Assembly (NCBI GenBank): GCA_013239625.1
Contig: MU054187.1
Span: forward strand, 21,083,280-21,147,279
Source of the DNA: Lama guanicoe
Taxonomy: Eukaryota
DNA length: 64,000 nt
Direction: 5' to 3'
A program made the translations under genes and the position numbers. Below, piece after piece: positions 50,409 to 64,000 of this stretch (position 1 is the first letter of the stretch; each line of letters starts with the position of its first letter). The notes under the pieces were generated by a model. The model saw only the letters and a program-made list of their open reading frames with translations. It made no database searches and had not been told where the DNA came from.

Positions 50409-52243
50409 GCTAGAGCTTTCAACTCTGAAAGCAAGGTTCTTGATAAGAGAAAGATTAAAAACAACAGCAGCAAAAACTCAAGCACCCTCAAAGGCTAGAC
50501 AACACAAATGTGAGACCAGAGAAGATGTGGAGGGCTGAGTGCTTGAACTAGAGTAGCCATTCAAATCAAGGAGGAAGGGGAGGACAGGGAGGGAGAGGCA
50601 GAGCGAGAGAGATGGTGGGGCAAGAGACCAAATAAATGCACATGCCATCACCACCTGCCCCACCCCCGGTATAGTTACTGCTGTGGGAATCACTGCACAC
50701 CACCTGCCATCACTTCTGAGAAGATGGTGGAGGTTGTCATGTTACCATATAAAATTTACTTTTGTTACTAGGAGCATAAGGTTCACCCAATGTGACTTAC
50801 AATAGGGAATCGGTTATGTGGATTATACTGTGACCAGCAAATGATGTTCATAAGCCATGCAGAGAGCTAATAGCTTTGACAATAACCCTCTACTGGAAAC
50901 TAAAATAAAAATATTTTAATATTTCAATGAAGTAGCATATGACCTACTTAAAAACATCCTTTATTGCAGCTTATTAATATAAGCTTGGAGAAAATAAGAA
51001 GCATATTAATATATAAATTTGGCATATTCTTTCCCCCAACTAATAAAATATTAGGAGTTTATTAACATTAAAACTTTGCCTACAGTTTGGTGTTCAATAA
51101 AATGTTGTCTGTGGTTATGATTAAAATAAGCTACTAAAAGACTAAATGATCCTGCTACTGCATAAATAACATTTAGTAAAAATTCTATGTTATGATAAAA
51201 CTGAGGTTTCATAAATGCTAACTTATAAAACATTGCATTGCATTTTTTGAAATTTTATAAACAATAATTACTAGGAACGTCTATTCTATACTACTCCTTT
51301 AGTTCATACTTTTTTCTGGTTGTTGCAGTTAAGCTTTTCAAATGTTGCTGAAGTGTTAACGTCGGAAAATTAAGTGAACACATTTTAAGAGAATTTAACA
51401 TATGATTCAGAAAAATCTACCATATATTGGATACAGAAATTTAGAGATCATCTTATTTTCAGCTCCAAATAAATTGTTTTGAATTTTTTTTAACTTTCTG
51501 TATATGTCCCTCCTATGCATTTCACTGCACAAACCCACTCGGGCAGTGAGAGGCGCTATTAAACTTCCATATGTGATAAACCAGGGATGACAACTGGCAC
51601 ATGGTTGATGTTTTGGAACTGTTTGCTGATGAACAAATAAATGAAATAATAAGTAAATAAATGAACAATTTCTACCCTTTGATTATGAACTAGTCTTCCT
51701 TCTAATGGTAAACTACCTACTAGTCAAGTTATTAAAATACATAGCTAGTCTGGAGTTTTGAGATATCTATGTAGGACACATTTTATACTTTACATAACGT
51801 TCCACCAGTCTTTTCTTACATATTGAAGGCACAAACATTTCTCTCATATATTCAGCCAATATTTTTCCCATTTTCAGCTGGACCCTACTTGTTTTTCTTT
51901 TTCAGATTTTATTAATGACCTATAGATCAGTCTTCATCTGTGGGATGAAACAGATTTACAGGGTTGCAAAACTAATGTTGGCCACAAAAGTCAATACGTT
52001 GCCTACAGTCTGTAGGCTATTTATATAAAAAATTGATGTTAGTAATTATAACCCAATTTATATCATAAATAAAAGGTCAAAATGTTGAATAATTAAAAAG
52101 AGATTATTGACAGTGAAAAGTACCACTGACAGTGCCTAGAAAATTAAAGTAAATGTATTTTATGAAAGCTGTGAGATACATAGGATGGAAGAAGGATAAA
52201 GCTTTCAGGGTCAGTGAGCCTTGTGCTAACTCAATAGGGACAT

Positions 52244-52750
52244 TGTATTAATCAGGGTTTTTGGTTGCAAAGAACTGAAAGCAAAAATAGGTTTTAAATG
52301 TAAAAGGAATATTCTGCAAAGAAGTGGTTAGCTCATAGAATTGTATGGAATGCTGGAAACTGCAGATTCAGAAATGGTTAAACCTAAGATATCTACTTGG
52401 CAAAATTGTGCCTTTGGAATAGTGACTAGGACGTTTCTGCTGCTGATACAGGACCCCACAGTGACCCCACTGACACTGCTGACGCAGACATCACACATGG
52501 ATGCTGCGCTGTGGCTGCTGTGCTGGTCGGTTTTTAATTGCCCTAATTCTTTGTGTCACTTGTCTGGATTCATAGTCCCAGATGATGTCTTCCAGTTGGT
52601 GACCTGAGTCACGTGTTTATACTCTGATGCCTGGAGCCAGAGAGAGCAATCAACTGGAATTTTCTGGTCCTGGTGTGGGAGGGAAGACCCTACCTCTAAC
52701 CAAAATATATAGGAAGGCAGAGTCTCCAAAACTGGAAGTATGGATTGTAT
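52244..52750. mobile_element. Old MaLR LTR (MLT1N-like)
   Basis: Starts tgtattaatcagggttttggttgcaa; tagctcatagaa; gagtcacgtg; layout of old MLT1 LTRs. Confidence 0.55.
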
Positions 52751-54189
52751 GTCTGTGAAAGTAAACTTTACATCAAAATGACTAATGAGCGCTAAAACCG
52801 TTAAAAAGCTGTGTGATCGAAAAAGGCACGTCGTTCAATTTCTCGGGTTATAATGGATGTGATTTTCAAACCTAGAAAATAAAGACTGAGAAGTCTATAA
52901 TGTCTGTCTTAAAATCACATAGGTTTTAAGTTCACTTAGAAAATTAATGCAAACACACTGTGCAAACAACAGCTAACGAGGATCTGGACCAGTGGGGGTG
53001 AAATGACAGCGTGTGAGGAAAATGTTGACACTGTTCATAATCCACAGAGATGGATTAACTCAAGGCTTAGTTAGCTCTTTACCTGCATAAAACCTACGAT
53101 TTACCACATCCAGGAACACCAAAATAATGGCCAGACATTACTACTTTTAAGGCAGATTTTTGCAAGTGTGACAAACAGGATTAGAGACCTGAGGAGTATA
53201 GGAAATAGACTTGTGACAAAACAACAGTCTTTCAGGTTATTTACAACAGAAAGTAGGGCAAACTGCATGGTGGAGGTCTGGGAAGGACTCTGCAGAAATT
53301 CTTTTGAAAACAAAGCCACCTACATAATGATTAAAGAGAAGTGTATCGCATATAATATACCATTATGTTGGGCATAATTTTTCCTATCTTTTAATATAGC
53401 TTATATTTGTCAGAAAAAAAGAAAAAAAAACTACTGTTTTTCAGATGCTTTAACAAGCCCAAAGGTTAGAATCGGCATAGAAGTAATCAAGTATTTTTCA
53501 GAATACTTTGATTTTAGCAAATTTTGTTACAACACGTAACAGGCTGTCCCATATACCATTCTTCTGATAAGAAATAACACTTTTATAACATCTTTCATCC
53601 AAGACCACTTCAGTATCATTGTAATTTTTCCCTATCCTTTTTCTTATAATTTAGTGAACGTACCTAAGAAAATAAGTAATATTGAAAGAACTCAAACCAC
53701 AGTAGACTAGAATTTCACAAAGCTGTGTATAGATTAAAAGTTAAAAAAAAAAAGATTATAGAACCACACTATAACCAAATCGGAGTTTAGGATGTCACTT
53801 TTTCTCTCCCTTTTTCTATTTTCTCATAAGACAATGAGGGAGTGTCCTTTATTGTTTCTAAGGTCACTCTAATCTCAATCTATGCAGTTCACACACCACT
53901 CCTTACTTCAACAAGTTACAAATCCACACTGGATGCAGAATTCGTAATGAGTTGATGTTCTTGACATACTTAACTCTCCTGTTAAGAATTTGTAGCTGAA
54001 AATGGAAAGTTAAATGTTTAAGAAACACAAACGTTCATGTATCTATTTGGATATGTACTCTCTCTCTTTCAGAAAGAGAAATATAGATGTAGCTAGATCT
54101 CTGTGTGCATTACATGTATATTCTTCAATTATAGCAACTTAATTTATTTTGTGGATATTTCTACTTACACTGCTATAATTCCTGATAGA

Positions 54190-55105
54190 CAATCTCTCAT
54201 CTAAAACTCTTAGAGACGTGTTCTGGAATTTATAATCTGCAAAGTAATATAATGCATATACCATGTTTTACATAACAATCTCAGAAGCATTTGGGCAGCA
54301 ATTCATAATCAAAAATTAATATTTCTACATTGAAATGTATTTACTATTCACAAATAAACATTGCATTTGAATTTTTACCATGTGCATGGCATTATACTTA
54401 AAATCAAAATACTGTTAAAAAAGAAAAGAAGCAGAATATTGTGTTTAGAAAATAAAACCTTGATGTTCCAAAAAAAAAAAAAACGTGCAATGACTGAGTC
54501 CAATAAATTGAGAGGATAGTTGTGGGGGCAAGGAATAATGACTTTATTCAAAAAGCCAGCAGACCAAGAAGATGGGGGACTAGTGTCTCAAAGAGCCATC
54601 TTACCCGACTTAGAATTCAGACTTCTTTTATACTAAAAGGGAAGGAGGTGTGGTTAGTTGTTGCAAACTTCTTGGTGTTGGAATCCTTTGTTCTTGTGGC
54701 TGTCCACGTAAGTCAGGTCATAGGTCAGGTCATGATGTTCCTATAAACCTCCAACAAGGCAAATGTTTTTCTCTGTTCTGCAACTTTTTGTCTCTCTATG
54801 AATGGAAAAGTATCTTACCTTAAAGGGTGAGCCTTGAGAATAAGCTATCCTGTGTATTTCAAGCTATAGACAACACTCTTAACTTGTAGCAATAGAATAG
54901 AAAGGTTAAAGAAAAGAAGCAGATCCAATATGCAGTCAGAATTGTTCTTCCCTGTTACACAGTAGCCTCATATCAGATTCATGCCTAGTGCGCCAAGTTA
55001 GTTCTGATCAGGTCAAGTTTTGCCATCAAATGAATTAGAAAACAAAAGCTTAGTTTTAAGCTTTTTTTGGATTTTACCTATGTGCATAATGGATTTTAAA
55101 TGTAT
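54190..55105. mobile_element. TcMar-Tigger (Tigger15a-like) fossil split by an LTR
   Basis: Tigger-like pieces at ~54190-54370 (…tacataaca…gggcagca…taatcaaa…ttaatatttct) and ~54960-55105 (gttttaagctttttttggattt…gcataatggatt). Confidence 0.45.
54491..54959 (-). mobile_element. ERV1 solo LTR
   Basis: Ends …ccctgttaca; antisense poly(A) signal (ctttatt) and TATA (ttttata); left end approximate. Confidence 0.75.
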
Positions 55106-55299
55106 CTGTGAGTATTTTGTCTGCCCATAAACCCCCTCTTTTTGGAAGCAGTTTTTGGGTTTCGTTCTGTTCCAGCTATGTTTAGCATTGAAGCTTAATG
55201 GTGTCTACAGGCCACATCCCTTGTTTGGCCCACTTGGGGACTTTAACGTCCATCTATGTCAATCATATTTTCCCTTGGGATTTTTAAATTACTGCAAAA

Positions 55300-56105
55300 A
55301 GGCATGGATGAATGGTCACTTTCTCTCTGGTAGCAGAGGTATGAGAACCATCAGGTGCCATGTTTCTTGGCTTGTGGACATAGTTCAACTGCACGGATAG
55401 AAAATAAAGGGAGCCTAGGTGGAGATGCAGGGACGAGAGATGGAGAGTGTCCTGTGGGCACTGTGGTCTCTGGTACTGGGTCCTAAAGCATCCTGTTAGC
55501 AGCCTTCACTTTGCCAACAGTTTTATGGTTCCCATGGACTCAACAGACCAATATATGTTCCTTTACCTATAATAGTTTGAACAGGGTTTCAGTTACTTTT
55601 GTCCCAAACAGCCCTAACCAGGAATGGAAATACCTTTGTTGATCTGCATATGTTCATTCTGATATTTGAGCATCTCCATTTGTCTTAAGAGTTCTGCAGA
55701 GTGACCCAGGCGCCCGCTAATACCTCCATCTCTAATCAGCATACCTGTTTAGTCACAAGCAACGCTGTGCTAGCACGTTAACTCTGAGATCTCCTTTGCT
55801 TAGCACAGCAAGTTTATTTGTGTTGGTAGCTCCTCTAAGTCAGTTTGCAGAGAGCTCTGCCTCACATGTCAGTCATGGGTCACGCAGGGAGAGGTTCCGC
55901 AGCCTTTTATTTGCACCCTTTGGGGAAGGTGGACCCCTCGTCACTGTGGAGAGGAGGAGAGGACTGAGGGATCAGGCAGTTTGTACTGAAATGCCTGTGT
56001 TATGAGTGACATGCACCACTGTGATTCCAGTGACTGCAAAGGAGGGCTGAGGTCCTGAGAAATGAGAGAATGGCACTGGTATTTAGTGAGTGGCAGCCAC
56101 GCTCT
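55300..56105. mobile_element. Old MaLR LTR fragments (MLT1-like)
   Basis: gccatgttt…gagagatggagag…gttacttt…ccctaac and ctcacatgtc…actgcaaagga…ggtatttagtgag. Confidence 0.45.
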
Positions 56106-56209
56106 CCTCTTGGAAGCCAGTAAAATCTAGACTGGAGAACTGGTGTCACGTTTAACAACTGTGATGGATAAATCTGTTTTGTTTAAAAAAATTAACTGAT
56201 GGTGGTCAG

Positions 56210-56865
56210 ACTGAACATAGAGTTACCATATGATCCAGCAATCTCAATCCTGGGCATATATCCAGAAAAAAAATAAAAACTCTAATTAGAAAAGATACAT
56301 GCACCCCAGTGTTCATATATATACAAATATAAATATATACATATATATATACACACACACATATATATACATATATAAAATATAAATATATACGTATATG
56401 TATGCAATGGAATATTACTCAGCCATAGAAAAGAATAATATAATGCCATTTGCAACAATATGGATGGACCTAGAGATCATCATACTAAATGAAGTAAATC
56501 AGACAGACAAAGACATATATCATGTGATATCACTTATGCATAGAGTCTAAAGTATGATACAAATGAACTTATTTACAAAACAAATAGACTCACAGACACA
56601 GAAAACAAACTTATGGTTACAATAGGGGAAAGGTGGGGCAGGGATAAATTAGGAGTTTGGGATTAGCAGACAAACCATATAAAATAGATTAACAACAAGG
56701 TCCTACTGTATAGCACAGGGAACTATATTCAATATCTAGTAATAACCTATAATGCAAAAGAATATGAAAAAGAATTATATATGTGTAACTGAATCACTTT
56801 GCTGTGCACCAGAAACTAACACAACATTGTAAATCAACTATACCTCAATAGGAAAAAAATTTTTT
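56210..56865 (+). mobile_element. Artiodactyl L1 3' end with AT-rich microsatellite
   Basis: catagagttaccatatgatccagcaat…aaagatacatgcacccc…aatggaatattactcagccat…accagaaactaacacaacattgtaaatcaactatac. Confidence 0.92.
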
Positions 56866-58544
56866 AAGGAAAAGAGATTGTCTGAGAGCAGCCTCGGTAG
56901 GGGTCTGTGTGCCGACTTCCTGTCAATAAATGCTTCTGATTGGAGTTCTGGGCTCTACAAGTTGTTTCTCTTCTCTGACGGTGAAGACTCCTTTCTGTCC
57001 AATTCAGCCATTTCCTACAGATCTTCTGATCAAGATTTAAATGACAGATGAAGGGAATTGAGAAGAGTCAGACGGGAGAGTAGGCTGTGAAAACATTTCC
57101 GGGAGAATTTCTTTCTCCTTTAATCTCTAGTTTTACCTTCTTCACTGAAACATGTTACTTTAGGTTTTCTTAAATCAGGAGTATATTTATTTTGAACCTT
57201 TTAACACTGCAGATAAGCTAGCTGAGTTTCATATTCTAAAAGAACTAGGAAAACAAATGATACTAGTGAATAGAATATATTGATCTCTCACATAATGCTT
57301 TAATTTAAGTAGTTATGAGAAAGTGCTCTCTTATTAAAATACATTAGCCTATAGCAAGCCATTAAAAAATTCTAATGAATCCTCTTCTTCCTAAAGAAAA
57401 CTATATAAGCATTCAATCAATTAGTATAATGGATTAAAATAGAACATCATTTTGGTGGCACAGTTTCAAAACAGAAGGATTAGAGACATTCAGATACTGA
57501 ACATTCAACACAGGCTATGATTTCAGCAGGGAGTCTTATTTGGCCTTTCTTCATTCTAATTCCATCAATTTCAAATTTCATTAACAGCAATGGGACACAA
57601 AAAATTCCAGCAGTGATGCTTTGCAAAACCCTGCAAGTTCTGAATAATATTGGTCTTTGTCATCATTTTATTTCTAACGGTAGGCGTGTATATTCTTTTG
57701 CTAGGAGGAACAACTCAATATTTCTCCCAGTGGGCATTGAAGAATTAAGTTTTAGAAGACAATGAGTATTTAGTTTCACTGTGTATAACAGAAATACCAT
57801 TTAATCTGATTTAACTTGGTTATGTGTAAAAATTTGGGTAAGTAGGGAAGCTAAGTTGAGCTGCCTAATCCTCTGAACCCACTGCTGAAATAATTGGATT
57901 ATCAAGGATAAGAAGTTATCACTTTCACGTAAATGAAAGGTGTTTTCCGAGCAGTTAGAAGCAATATGGGAAGTTATACACACAGGTGCCCCGCCCGCCC
58001 CCCACAACATCCATGCATAAAGTGGTGTTTTGTGTTTGAGTATATACTGACTATGAGTCTTACAATGATTTGTTTTATATGATTTGTTCAGTAAAATTAG
58101 TGTTTTATGGTGATAAGCGACAGAAGCAGGAACAAAGGAAACCAAGGAAAGTTCTGAGCTTGGAAGCAGTAGGTTTACTACAAAAGATTATCAGTATAGA
58201 TGCTTCAGTCCTGCTAAATGTGGGTGGTTAGCTCCATGGACTAGAACTTGAAAGGTGGTTAGAAATACTTTCACCACTGTGAATGTGCAAACTTGTAGAA
58301 GCCTGGCAGCAAGGTGAGGGCAGTACCATTTATTCACTTCCTGGGAATTAGGAGGTGAGGGTTGCTCTGTGGTCAGTGGTCAGATTATTAAAGGTTAAAA
58401 CCAAGCCTCAGATTATCAGAGGTTGAAGACTTGCCTTGTTTCAGAGGAAGGAGAGAAAAAGAATCTTACTAATAAGATTATTATTTTTTTCTGGGATTAA
58501 AAAATCCTCAAAGAGTGCTGATATTGAAAGATTAAATTATTAGG

Positions 58545-58698
58545 GAGGGCAGGGTATAGCTCAGTGGTAGAGTGCATGTTTAGTGTGTAAGAGATCCTGG
58601 GTTCAATCCCCAGTACCTACATTAAAAAAAAAAAAATATATATATATATATGAACAAATAAACCTAACTACCACCCCCCCCAAAAAAACCCCAAAAAC
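58545..58698 (+). mobile_element. vic-1-type SINE
   Basis: gggtatagctcagtggtagagtgc…cctgggttcaatccccagtacct; 11-bp TSD AAATTATTAGG (58534-58544, 58699-58709). Confidence 0.93.
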
Positions 58699-59220
58699 AA
58701 ATTATTAGGCAAACACAACCTGGTCTGATATGTTGAGAATTAGTTGTGCGACTCCGTTTCCTCATAATCCATTCCTCTCATGCGTCGTCACAGACGCCCC
58801 TTGATTTTAGTTTCTTAAAAATCTCCCAGAATCTCTATTTTCACTGTCTTCTATCCCATTGTTAAAGGAAAGCTCTTCACTTCCCAGTTATTCAGTGTTT
58901 ACTATGTGCCAGGAGCTGGGCTGACCACATTAACATGTTGAATATTAGCTGATTAAACTAATTTGTGATAACAGGCATTGACACTATTTTTTTTTCCTGC
59001 ACCATCTCTGCAGACAATATTTTAGGAGGGAGATATTTAGAACTTTTTTAGTGGAAATATTTAGTGATATTTAGTGGCCTTTTATGCCTCCTTTCTTTTT
59101 TTCCAACAAACAAAAAACAACAAAACTACCCATAACTTATTACTTCCCTATTATATTTCTATATTTCATTTTTATGCTTATAACAGCAACTAGAGAAAAT
59201 ATAGCAATATAAGACCTCTG

Positions 59221-59354
59221 TAACTTGCAGTGAAAAAGAATATGAAAACAAGTGTATGTATATTCATAGACGACTGAAGCATTATATTGTACACCAGAAA
59301 TTGACACAATCTTGTAAACTGACTGTACTTCGATACAAAATACATATACAAAAA
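59221..59354 (+). mobile_element. Camelid L1 3' end
   Basis: tgaaaaagaatatgaaaac…acaccagaaattgacacaa…; 10-bp TSD AAGACCTCTG (59211-59220, 59355-59364). Confidence 0.9.
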
Positions 59355-59535
59355 AAGACCTCTGGAGCTCAAATTTAGGAAAAATGGAAAACAAATTTAT
59401 ACTAATCATTCATATGTATATAGGGGAAACTTTTGACATCTTATTTAAATAAGCTTATTAGACACCAAAATCCAAAGTCCTAAGAAAGCTACATTCTGAA
59501 ACACCGTCTCATAAGATAAAAAATCATTAGAGATG

Positions 59536-59566
<31 letters not shown>

Positions 59567-59594
59567 GAAAAAAAAAAAAAAAAAAAAAGAAAAA
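59536..59594 (+). repeat. Long poly(A) tract (A29-TAG-A21-G-A5)
   Basis: Directly visible. Confidence 0.95.
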
Positions 59595-60251
59595 GCAAAC
59601 TGGATTCATCAGCAATTTGGAGAAATGGTCATAAAGGAAAAAACCCTTTGAAGACGTCTGCCTTAATGAACAGTGTTCTTGAAAAAAAATTAAAGTTTTT
59701 TTAATTTAAAGTTGGTAAATTTGAATTTTGATGGATTCAGGACACGTGAGAATTCTGTGTTGTGGAAGGTGATGGTGACACTGTATGCGTCCAGATTATC
59801 AGACACTTAAGAGCTGTGATTAGCAATAGAAAAGCCTGGCCAGAGTATTAAATCTTTCATCTGAATTTCAAAAGCATAAAAACCAAAAAGAAAAAAGGAA
59901 CATAAATGTTTAAAGTGCTTAGCAGCGACTGAAGTCGTTTTTACGTAAACCATCATAAAAATTTCAAGATACAGAGGAAGAGGAGTAACCGTGGAGATGG
60001 AGTACCTCTTGGTTGCCAACGGAGGAAGTCCAGGGTTCCTTCACAGACCCACAGCATCAAATAAAGTCACCGGGGGTCCCATTTTGTGCACATCTGTGAC
60101 TGGAATCTACCACTATGGAAAAAAGAAAGGCCAAGTATTTGCTTTCTGAGACCCCGGGCAGATGAGGGGCGGACTTTGACCTACACTCAGCCAGTCATCA
60201 GCACCCTTCTGGTGTTTATTTAGTCTGGATGTACCATTCAGAAACAAGAAC

Positions 60252-60616
60252 TCATGAGAGTCCTCTTTTTTTCTTTTTTTGAGATTCCACATACAGGACA
60301 GTAATGAGCTCATCTACAAAACAGAAATAGACTGGCAGACATCGTAAATGATCTTATGGTTACTGGGGAAAGAGGGTGGGAAGGGATAAATTTGGGAGTT
60401 TTGAGATTTGCAAATGTTAGCCACTAAATATATAGTTTAAAAAACCAAATTCCTTCTGTATAACACTGGGAGCTATATTCAATATCTTGTAATAACATTT
60501 AATGAAAAAGAATATGAAAACAAGTCAATGTATGTATATGCATGACTGGGACATTGTGCTGTACACTAGAAATTGACACATTGTGACTGACTATACTTCA
60601 ATTAAAAAAAGAAAAA
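60252..60616 (+). mobile_element. Camelid L1 3' end with 5' inversion (twin priming)
   Basis: Inverted 60252-60294, forward 60295-60616; 12-bp TSD AGAAACAAGAAC (60240-60251, 60617-60628). Confidence 0.9.
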
Positions 60617-62434
60617 AGAAACAAGAACAGTTTAAAATCCAGTCTATGTGTGGCAGCAGCAAATGCAGTCTGGGTAAAGTAGTGGAGTTGGGAGCAGAGT
60701 TTAAAAACAGTCTTTGTGAGACCATCTTGGGTGTGGTTCTAACCACCTGGATTCCTTTGATTTCTGAACATTTTCAAGCCTAAATCACCTTCATTCCCAC
60801 TGAGTCTGTGAGCCACCCATGATCTCGCCATGAAGATCCTTTTTTGCTCAGGATACACAGAGTCAGTTTTTATTTTGTGTCATTGAAAATCTTGACTGCC
60901 ACCCACATCCAGTACCCAAATACTCTAGTGGATACAATTGTCCTGGTTTCCCCTGTGAGCCAAATCTCAACCACATGATTCTATGTGATTGTGGGCTTCT
61001 TAATGTTCAGAATTATAAGTTACCATATTTTTACTGAAAGAGTGGGTAGTGATGTTTAATAAAGACCTCTTGAATGAAAGAGTGAAGTAGGCATTTTATG
61101 CATAATTCAGTGGAAGTTTGATCCCTGCAGATTCAAAGACCTTAAGCTATTTTATAGAACACCGTGAAGCCGGTAACAGGAAGTTATAGAGAGAACTACT
61201 TGATCACATTTTTGTGAAAATTGAGGGCAGAGATGTTAATCGTGCAATGGTGGTTGGCAAATATATGCTACATGCTTTACTGAGGACTTTCATTTCTAAT
61301 GATTTTGAATCAATTTGCTAATAAGTATAGTAATAAACAATAATGAACATTCAACTTAATTTGCTAAAGTGGAAGTAGATAATTTATAAAGATAATGCCA
61401 TCCAAAAAGGACTTTGAAAATATGGAAGAATTCAATGTGAAGTCTTTGGCCAAAATGTACCCACTGCTCTGTGATGGTCAGTAAAACAGAATCCTGGCTG
61501 ATTAAGCACCGTGATTGCCACCCATCAGGGCTTCCGAGAAGACTAGTTTTCACTTTCTAATAATCTCCAAACCCGGTGGACTAAAACAAGCCGAATAAAT
61601 TAAGGAAAGGTAACAGTTTCAGAACGGGGAAAGCTTCTAGCATTCTTTGAAGAAATAAGTAAATATGTTTACAAGGAAAATGTACCATACATCATGCATT
61701 TGTAGCTTTAAGATGCCCTTTATAAAGGCCACATGCTAAAGACCATTTAAAATTTCAGTCACTGTAGAGTGGCTTATTTCGTCAGGGGTAGAGAACTGAC
61801 TTACAGGCAAGAAACAAGGGATAAAACAGGCGTGTCTCTGCATGGAAAAAAATGTGAACTAAAGCTCAGTCCTGGGAATAGTTTTATTTTACGTTTTTCC
61901 AAAAGATCTGACAAGAGCGTGTGTGTAATTGGCAGATAATGCCAAGGATTTCCAGGTATGCCAGAAATATTTCAAGTGGATCTGAGTGAAGAAAATAAAA
62001 TTGGATGCAAGTTTGATTGTCAGTAAATATAAGAGCATGCTTTCGAAGCAGGCAATGTATGCAAGTCTAGAACGTTACTGGTTAGCTGCCGACAGCAGAG
62101 GCAATTTCTAGCACATAGTAGAGGCAGTGACAAGGCGGAGGACAAAGACAGGAACCCAGATCATGGGGAGGCTGGCACATGTAAGGCACGGTCTCTTGTT
62201 GAGGAAAACAGGATACTTGGCAAGTTGTCAAGACTGAACCTCAAAGACTGGAATAAAAGAAATTCAGTTACTCAAACTTGTATACACAGAGTAGCCAGAG
62301 CAGTGGAGGGATGGGTCACATTTGGAACAGAACTCACCACAGACTCACTGTACCCTGATGCTCATGGATATCTTTGTTTCCTTTTCATCAGAAGCATCTT
62401 CCTATCTTTCTGATTAAAGTTTGTATTAGTTTCT

Positions 62435-62619
62435 TTAAAAAAAATATATGTATACATATATATATATATAAATTTTTTTAAGTTATGTTTCTTTTTTGGG
62501 GTGGAGGTAACCAGATTTATTTATTAATTTACTTTTAGAGGAGGTACTGGGGATTGAACCCAAGACCTCATGCATGCTAAGCCTGTGCTCTGCCACTTGA
62601 GCTATACCCTCCCCACCCC
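62435..62619 (-). mobile_element. vic-1-type SINE
   Basis: ggaggtactggggattgaacccaagacctcatgcatgctaagc…gagctataccctcc; 13-bp TSD TGTATTAGTTTCT (62422-62434, 62620-62632). Confidence 0.95.
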
Positions 62620-63715
62620 TGTATTAGTTTCTGATTTGGGGGACCAACCAGATTCTGTTATTCAACATCATTGACCCCGGCAAAGAATAGAGTTGTGTGA
62701 TGAGGAGAAGTATTCAGACAAGTCAGTTTACCTTACCAGGAATACTGTGCAAACTTAGACCTCAGAAATGGAGAAAAATAAAGCACAGTGAAACTGAAGA
62801 AGAACTAATGAAATGAAAAAAAAAAAGAATATTTTCCATTGAGAAAAGTATGCAAAAATAATCTAAAATACAGTCTTTTAGGAATAAGAGGTAGATAAAG
62901 TTGATGAACTTGTGTTAATAAAGTTAGGAAAATTGTGGTTGGTACAAATTAAACTAAACACAGACATATTGTCCAAATCCTGGAATCATTTGTGAAAAAC
63001 AATACATCAGTGGATTCTAGACTTCTTATTTTAAGTATCATGCATGGTGTGAGTTAGAAGGACAGTTTATCGAAGGGTCTCGGAGTCTGAATCAAGCACT
63101 CTTAAGTGGGCGCCACAAACAGGCAAGGTTGGGAACATACTGACATACAGAGTGTGTGTGTAATTTATAGATTTCATGGCCCTCAAAATGCAGTGCAGGC
63201 TGAACAATAAACAGAATCTTGAAATGTTTAAATAACTTAATAGATTGCATAGTTAGAGCTGATGGGTTACTAAGGGAAGCTGCATGTAACGCTATGGCAA
63301 GCAGCTTTGATGTTTCCAGGTGACGTTATTTTGGGCAGCTATGTTTTCCCACAAAACATTTCGCTTTGTAGTTAATACCACCTTTCATAGTCTGAGGCAG
63401 AAGGAATTTGTACTCATTTGTTCTCAAGTACGTGCGGAACCTTGTGTCTCCAGGGATGGGTTTTGTTTCAGTTTCCTTGAACACATGAGATAGTTCGTTT
63501 CCACACTAACACTTCTCGAAGCATTCTTCTATTTTATCCACCCCTTCCTCAGACACATCCTACTCATCCTAGGAACCAGGATATGGGATTACTTTTCTGT
63601 GAACAGTTGTAAATTCAAGCTTTCTACACAAAGTTAAAACTCCAAATCCATCAAACCCGTGTTGGCCAACCTTATGCTTTACCCACAGCTCCCCAAAGTT
63701 TTCAAGCTACCACTA

Positions 63716-63934
63716 CAGTTGACCTTTGAGAAACACAGGTTTGAACTCTGCATGTCCACTATACATGGATTTTTTTTCACTAAATACATACTACAGTACT
63801 ACAGATCCACTGTTGATTGAATCCATGGATGCAGAACCACAGATATGGAGGGCTGACTATAAATTATACTTGGGTTTTCAACGAGGGGTGAGGTGATGGT
63901 TACCCCAACCCCTGCATTGTTCAAGGGTCACCTG
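63716..63934 (+). mobile_element. MER8/Tigger2-like MITE (complete)
   Basis: TIRs CAGTTGACCTTTGA… and …TTCAAGGGTCACCTG with flanking TA duplications. Confidence 0.9.
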
Positions 63935-64000
63935 TAAATTATGATTACCGATATTGCTAAAGTTGTCAGGGTACACCACCTTGAAGTAGAAATAATAAAA

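Noticed and set aside
58545..58620. tRNA genes at the A-box/B-box sequences (also 28155, 37361, 47912, 62435)
   Set aside because: They have SINE tails and TSDs and no complete cloverleaf, so they are tRNA-derived SINEs
1..64000. Prokaryotic features (operons, CRISPR arrays, rRNA, IS elements)
   Set aside because: The sequence is mammalian; there is no regularly spaced repeat-spacer array and no dense coding structure

Overview
AT-rich mammalian genomic DNA. It is almost certainly camelid (alpaca, llama or camel), judged from several tRNA-derived vic-1-type SINEs and camelid-type L1 3' ends. I found no convincing host protein-coding exon, so the window looks intronic or intergenic, and the supplied ORFs are chance ORFs or repeat remnants. 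It is dominated by interspersed repeats: L1 fragments (several with target-site duplications), vic-1 SINEs, ERV1 and MaLR solo LTRs, hAT and Tigger DNA-transposon fossils, MIR, L2 and L3. A few repeat-free, motif-rich blocks are candidate enhancers. The standout is a ~1 kb minus-strand stretch (9297-10289) that the ORF track misses because of stops and frameshifts. Translated by hand across two frameshifts, it aligns collinearly, by eye, with filovirus VP35 from the coiled-coil end through the interferon-inhibitory domain and ends in ...LRI*. It is a candidate degraded endogenous filovirus-like element that needs a profile or structure search to confirm. Other oddities include a 250-258 bp tandem duplication carrying two microsatellite alleles, a twin-primed L1, a micro-inversion inside an old L1, a SINE/L1 chimera, and a MER41-like LTR with a GAS motif. 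Repeat family names are from recall of consensus sequences, not a database run.
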